Assembly: GCA_016178595.1 (NCBI GenBank)
Contig: JACOSY010000014.1
Coordinates: 4,256-68,255, forward strand
From: Ignavibacteria bacterium
GTDB taxonomy: Bacteria; Bacteroidota; Ignavibacteria; UBA10030; SZUA-254
Direction of reading: 5' to 3'
Length of the DNA stretch: 64,000 bases
The position numbers were made by a program, and so were the translations under genes. Each line of letters begins with the position of its first letter. Position 1 is the first letter of the stretch. The notes beneath the pieces were generated by a model. The model was not told the origin of the DNA. It did not search any database and was given only the letters and a program-made list of their open reading frames with translations. Positions 59,364 to 64,000 of this stretch are shown piece after piece.

Positions 59364-62300
59364 TCACTTCATCAACACAATCTTCTTCACCGTGTTGTAG
59401 GATCGATTGTCTGCATTATCGATGGCGCTCATCCGCAGGAAGTAGATGCCGCTTGCCGCGCTCGTTCCATCCCATGTCACCTGATAGTAGCCCGCGTCTT
59501 TCGTTTCACTATCGACAAGCCGTGCTACTTCTTCACCCAGCACGTTGTAGATGCTGAGACTAACAACGCCTGGCGCCGCAAGGGCGTATTCAATGTTGGT
59601 GACAGGGTTGAAAGGGTTGGGGTAGCTGCCGCTCAGGCGCGTCTGTGCCGGGGTTCCGCCTTCTTCTCCACCGCCCCCGGTATGAAGCGCACCTTCAACG
59701 TAGCCGCTTCCTGCTGCGCTCACTGAAACTTTGTTCGACGCCGCAGAGAGTAGACAGGTTGAGCCGACTGCCTTCACCTGATAATAGTCTGTTGCCGTCG
59801 GTTGTCCGCCCATGCTTTTCGTCCAGACCTGCACGGCGTAGTCGGTATAGGTGGTGACGCCCGGCGCCGTCAAGCCGATCAACGATGGCGGGAGTGGATC
59901 CGGTCCCGTGCCGCAATCGCCTGTTCCATAAGCGCACGAGTACCGGTAGACCTGGTAGCCCTTGATGGTTCCAGTCGGTGCAGTCCAGTTCAGCTGGGGA
60001 TAGTAGACCCCTCCAACCAGTACCGATGGGGCAGTCAGGTTTGTCGGTGATGAAGGGGCAGTGCCTGTCGCACTTCCTGTCGTGAAGGTCCAGTATGCGG
60101 TAAAGGCTCCTTGCCCCAGTGCACCGAGAGTGGCCGCAACCCGCCAGTAGTAGGTTGTGTTGTAACCGAGAGCGGTACAGGGAATCTCGTAACTGGTAGA
60201 AGTCACCACGCCGTCGCTGACGACGGAGTAGCCCTGAAACGAATTATCGATCGAGACGACGACTTCATAACTTGTTGCACCTGTGACTGCACTCCAGCTC
60301 ACGCTCACCGGCAGTGCGAGTCCCGTTGCTGCGTTCGCAGGAGAGACAAGATTCAGGAACGATGCGGGTGGAATCGTTACCGTGTTGACACTGTAGAGAC
60401 CGCTTCCGGCGGATTTCAAGTACGTACAAGAACGAGTATTGTCCGTTGCACTTTGCGTGAGCACGGCGCTGGGTCCGGCCACAGTCGCTTGAGCATCCAT
60501 GAGCTGTGGCTCGCTCCACTTATCGAGCGAGGGATCGTACTGGCAGGTCACAAGTCCGTTGTTGGTCTGGAAGGTGACGACGACTTGCCCGCCAAGCCCG
60601 TTGGTGTTGTAACGATAGTCTGTGAGTGATGGAGCCTGGGCTGTGAAGCCGGCGCCGAAGCGGTGAAGTATCTCGTAACTACCGGAGACGACAGAAGGGC
60701 TGCTCGATGTACGCTTCTGCACTTTGATACTTGACACCGGACTCAATGAATTATACGTATCTTTGAATTCCCAGGCGATGAAGGAATTACCAAAAGCGTC
60801 CAATACAATCGAAGGATGAAGGTTCGTCTGGGAAGAGACAATAGAATTAATCGCACCGTACGTTGCCCACAAGATTCTGGTGCCGAGTGTGCTCGGGTCG
60901 GCGGGGAATTGATCGAACTTAGCATCGGCGTACTCGACGCCAACTCCGACTTCCTCCCAGGCAATGTAGAGCCGATAAGGTTTTGGATCGCCCGTGATGT
61001 AGCGAGCAGCGATTGCCGGGCTGGAGGAGCCTGTCCCGGTTCCGGGTACGGTACTGATATAGATATTGTTTGGATTTGCAGGCCAGATGACCGCGTACTT
61101 TAGACTTCCGGCGTCGCGCCATGCCATGAAGTAAAAACCCGCTGCTGAGGCAAGAGCGGGAATTGCCGCCTGATCACTTGTAGTTGTAAAGGATTGAATC
61201 GTTCCATGATTCACGAATGCGGGATTATTTGTAAACGATGTGCGAATCTCATGGTACCAACTCGTCGGACTTTGCTGCTGAACATATTCCCAAGCCTCCT
61301 GGTGACTGCCACCATCGTACGTGCTAACCGTTGGACCACGGTAAAAGGTAGATGTCGACGCTATGCCATCGAGAGCAGATTCATTGCTCCACGTGGCACC
61401 GTTGTCGGTTGAGTAGGTCGAAAAGCTCGTGTTGGCACTCTCATACACCAGCCTGAGAACCTGAGACCCGATATACGTGGACAGGAATTTGTGTTGACCT
61501 GAACCGGAGACTGCGGTTGCAATTGAGCTTAGGAGGTGACCTTTATACGAGGCAGTCACAATTCTTTGCGTGCCCGCATGGAATACAACCGGGCTCTCGT
61601 AGTAGCCATTCACGAGGTTGTACGGTAATGTGAGATCCGCATTCTCGGCTGACCAGCCTACAAAACTCCCTTGCTTCGTCTGGCCGTTCACGGTGAAGTC
61701 TTGCGTTGGTAACACGCGCACAGAGTAATAAGGCTTAGATTGATTTTGATCTGTTGGCGGTGTTTGATCCAATAAGACTCCTTTGAATTCAGACCCCGCC
61801 CCACTTGAATTCGTGTTGGGATTGAGCGGTGACGGATAGGCTTTGAACGGAGCAGCCAAAGCCTGATTCTGTAATTTTTGATAGCCCGTGTTGTACGCGT
61901 CCGGCAGCCATGGATCCTTGAACTCAACTACGCTGCCATTCTGCCCTCCATCGAGAAGCTGTGTTTGTATGGTTGCGTTGAGAGCACTCTTGAAGTATCC
62001 TCCTCTTTGGCCTCCAAGGTAGTAGCGGTTGGCGATAAGATTGTCGTAGAGGATGCTGGGTGCACTCGTAAATTCCCACCGCCAGAATTTCTGCGTGGTT
62101 CCTGTCCGATAGTCGGGGTTAGCATAAATGGTCAAGTCGTCACCGGCGTCGAGGTAGAAGGTGGTGGGGTTAGACCACAGTGTCCACGCCGTATAGTAAT
62201 CCCAGGTAGAGAATCCCCCGAAGCCTTGACTTCCTTCATCGATGTGAGCAATGGTGACGGCCGTGCTTCCTTGTCCGATCGTATAAACGGCATCGTTTAT

Positions 62301-63815
62301 AAGACTTGGATTATAACCCGATTTGAATCCTCGTGCTCTTAACCATGTGCTCGTACTGACGGTAATAACGCCGTTGTACAGCGGCGAACTTGTAGTCGGC
62401 TCAGTGCCGTTCGTGGTGTAGTGAATCTCAGCGCCTGCGGTTGCAGAGGTTATTGAGACTGATTGTGCTGTTGTGTATCGACCACCGGCGGGACTAAATT
62501 GCGGCGCTTCGACCGTGGGCAGGTTGGAAATAGTGAATGGAGAACTCATCCCGTATCCACTGACATTATCCAGCATCTTCAATTTATAGTCTCCATTGGG
62601 AATGCTTGTCGATATCGTCCAGTTCCACGGAGGATTGCTGCCTCTCACACTTGTTCCGGAATATGGAAGAGTACTGTAAAAATCATAACCACCGGAAATA
62701 TTTTTCTTATGCAATTCGATAAACATTGCTCCCCCTTTATTGTCTGTCCATGTAACTGCATGAGTGCTGCCTTGGCCCCAGACCACAAGGGCAGCGGGAG
62801 ACGTCACAGTAATGACTCTATTTACATTCCATCCTAAATCCTCAAGCATGCTCAATCCAAGTTCTCCAGGAGAATGGATGGCTTCTGCCATTCCGATATC
62901 CGGTGTCATGAGGGAATTACTGTTCCCGGCGGGGTACGTTCCTTCGTCGAGGTGTGCGATAGAACTGCCTGTAGACCAGTCACTCGGTGCATACAACTTC
63001 GGCAGAGAATTACTGTTCACCCAGTAAGAATTGATTCCGTCAAAATAGATATTATTGGAAACCAGTTCGGCACCTAATTCTCGTGATGGATTAGCATACT
63101 GGGATGTATTCGTGAGTTTATAAATGCTTGTACCGTGATTGTCGCCAACGATACAACCCTTGTCGAAAACGCTGGCGAATCCATTGTTTGGCGATGGAAA
63201 ATTACCCCAGCTTCCGCTCCCGGAGTTGACACCAAACGAGTGGATAAAACCGAGGCCATGTACGAACTCGTGCATAATAATAGATACAAGATCGAACTTG
63301 CCTGCCGGCGGATTGCCGTCAGTACCATAGTACCAGTTACTCTGATTACTATTCACCGTAAGGTCAACTTCGTGTGTAGTGCCATTTCGATTCTGACCAC
63401 TGAGCATCTCCACAAGTGCAATGGGATAGAGAGTGCCCGATTGAGGTGCACTTGGAAAATCCTTATCGTATGATGTGGGAGCTGCTTCCGCTAGTATGTT
63501 ATTGTCACTCAATGCTGTCCAATGCGCGTCGACAGTTATTGTCTGTGATGAATTTATCAAAAAAGACCAGATGGTAAGCGCATACTGAACGGCAGTCTTA
63601 GCACTATCCGGGAAATTTGCATCCGGATTCAGAACAATTGATGAAGTACTGACTTTCGCCAAACCGCTTCTCTCCGTGTAAACAGACGGTGGCCCAACCC
63701 TGGTGAAAGAATTTCTTTGCTTTCCCTCTATCCCCGCGACATGCGATGAATTGTGCTGGGTAAATGCCAAAGACGGTAATAGAAGGATAACGATAAAAAT
63801 GAATGCCGCTTTCAT
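59364..63815 (-). CDS. Giant secreted zinc metalloprotease-like protein (HExxH) with CHB_HEX_C-like and FN3 domains and a T9SS CTD
   Basis: Signal peptide. IMHEFVHGLGFIHSF metzincin-like motif. BNR-like STDNGATWS. C-terminal CTD SYPNPFNPV...SIYNVLGEE...GIYFLRM. Confidence 0.8.
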   Translation of the reverse strand: MKAAFIFIVILLLPSLAFTQHNSSHVAGIEGKQRNSFTRVGPPSVYTERSGLAKVSTSSIVLNPDANFPDSAKTAVQYALTIWSFLINSSQTITVDAHWTALSDNNILAEAAPTSYDKDFPSAPQSGTLYPIALVEMLSGQNRNGTTHEVDLTVNSNQSNWYYGTDGNPPAGKFDLVSIIMHEFVHGLGFIHSFGVNSGSGSWGNFPSPNNGFASVFDKGCIVGDNHGTSIYKLTNTSQYANPSRELGAELVSNNIYFDGINSYWVNSNSLPKLYAPSDWSTGSSIAHLDEGTYPAGNSNSLMTPDIGMAEAIHSPGELGLSMLEDLGWNVNRVITVTSPAALVVWGQGSTHAVTWTDNKGGAMFIELHKKNISGGYDFYSTLPYSGTSVRGSNPPWNWTISTSIPNGDYKLKMLDNVSGYGMSSPFTISNLPTVEAPQFSPAGGRYTTAQSVSITSATAGAEIHYTTNGTEPTTSSPLYNGVITVSTSTWLRARGFKSGYNPSLINDAVYTIGQGSTAVTIAHIDEGSQGFGGFSTWDYYTAWTLWSNPTTFYLDAGDDLTIYANPDYRTGTTQKFWRWEFTSAPSILYDNLIANRYYLGGQRGGYFKSALNATIQTQLLDGGQNGSVVEFKDPWLPDAYNTGYQKLQNQALAAPFKAYPSPLNPNTNSSGAGSEFKGVLLDQTPPTDQNQSKPYYSVRVLPTQDFTVNGQTKQGSFVGWSAENADLTLPYNLVNGYYESPVVFHAGTQRIVTASYKGHLLSSIATAVSGSGQHKFLSTYIGSQVLRLVYESANTSFSTYSTDNGATWSNESALDGIASTSTFYRGPTVSTYDGGSHQEAWEYVQQQSPTSWYHEIRTSFTNNPAFVNHGTIQSFTTTSDQAAIPALASAAGFYFMAWRDAGSLKYAVIWPANPNNIYISTVPGTGTGSSSPAIAARYITGDPKPYRLYIAWEEVGVGVEYADAKFDQFPADPSTLGTRILWATYGAINSIVSSQTNLHPSIVLDAFGNSFIAWEFKDTYNSLSPVSSIKVQKRTSSSPSVVSGSYEILHRFGAGFTAQAPSLTDYRYNTNGLGGQVVVTFQTNNGLVTCQYDPSLDKWSEPQLMDAQATVAGPSAVLTQSATDNTRSCTYLKSAGSGLYSVNTVTIPPASFLNLVSPANAATGLALPVSVSWSAVTGATSYEVVVSIDNSFQGYSVVSDGVVTSTSYEIPCTALGYNTTYYWRVAATLGALGQGAFTAYWTFTTGSATGTAPSSPTNLTAPSVLVGGVYYPQLNWTAPTGTIKGYQVYRYSCAYGTGDCGTGPDPLPPSLIGLTAPGVTTYTDYAVQVWTKSMGGQPTATDYYQVKAVGSTCLLSAASNKVSVSAAGSGYVEGALHTGGGGEEGGTPAQTRLSGSYPNPFNPVTNIEYALAAPGVVSLSIYNVLGEEVARLVDSETKDAGYYQVTWDGTSAASGIYFLRMSAIDNADNRSYNTVKKIVLMK

Positions 63816-64000
63816 GACCTGTCTCCCTTTTTGAGATTTTGATTGTTGTTCGTATCTTTTATGAGTTAAACATCTGAAAATGAAAAGCCCTCAGAAAACA
63901 ATCTGTTCTTCGAATGATTCTCCGGCGAAGAACGTTGATGGATAGAAGCTTTGGCAGCGTTTGTTTGTGTTCCAATCAAGACGATCTACAGTGCACGCTC

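Noticed and set aside
1-64000. tRNA or rRNA genes
   Set aside because: I scanned both strands for GGTTCGAATCC-type T-loop signatures and rRNA-like conserved blocks and found none.

Overview
This 64 kb window is a high-GC (~55%) bacterial chromosomal segment that is densely coding on both strands. It carries four large secreted proteins ending in type IX secretion (T9SS) C-terminal sorting domains, at 22194-24377, 40617-45113, 45339-52355 and 59364-63815. Together with the SBBP beta-propeller repeats and the Ser/Thr-kinase arrays, this suggests an uncultured member of the FCB-group or an allied phylum; this placement is inference.

Recognisable housekeeping genes are purF, pgsA, ftsY, mutL, cspA, a glycine-rich RRM RNA-binding protein, a Y-family DNA polymerase, a split methylmalonyl-CoA-mutase-type catalytic subunit, a UbiA/DPPRS-like prenyltransferase and a DUF362 protein. 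Also present are a TonB-dependent receptor, a YfiR-like (DUF4154) periplasmic protein followed by a histidine kinase, a response regulator and a hybrid histidine kinase, an ECF sigma and anti-sigma pair, an RC-type dihaem cytochrome c, a Rieske protein, a GH47 alpha-mannosidase, a dienelactone hydrolase, an M50 protease and an EamA transporter. I found no rRNA, tRNA or CRISPR.

The most unusual region is 9.9-18.3 kb. It holds a tandem array of three full Hanks-type Ser/Thr kinase paralogs plus one internally deleted, frameshifted copy. The array is chained end-to-start by ATGA-overlapping mini-ORFs that mimic the kinase N-terminus (MIGQ..ISH..). These mini-ORFs are interleaved with two families of short hairpin-forming repeat elements, one of which recurs at 25.0 kb. 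Other notable points are a ~330 bp array of ~16 phased 21-bp palindromic operator-like repeats (58.82-59.15 kb), an in-frame TAA that truncates the sensor kinase at 31461, an N-terminally truncated APC permease whose ORF reads antisense through the RRM gene, and giant T9SS cargo proteins with internal tandem duplications and a shared pre-CTD domain.
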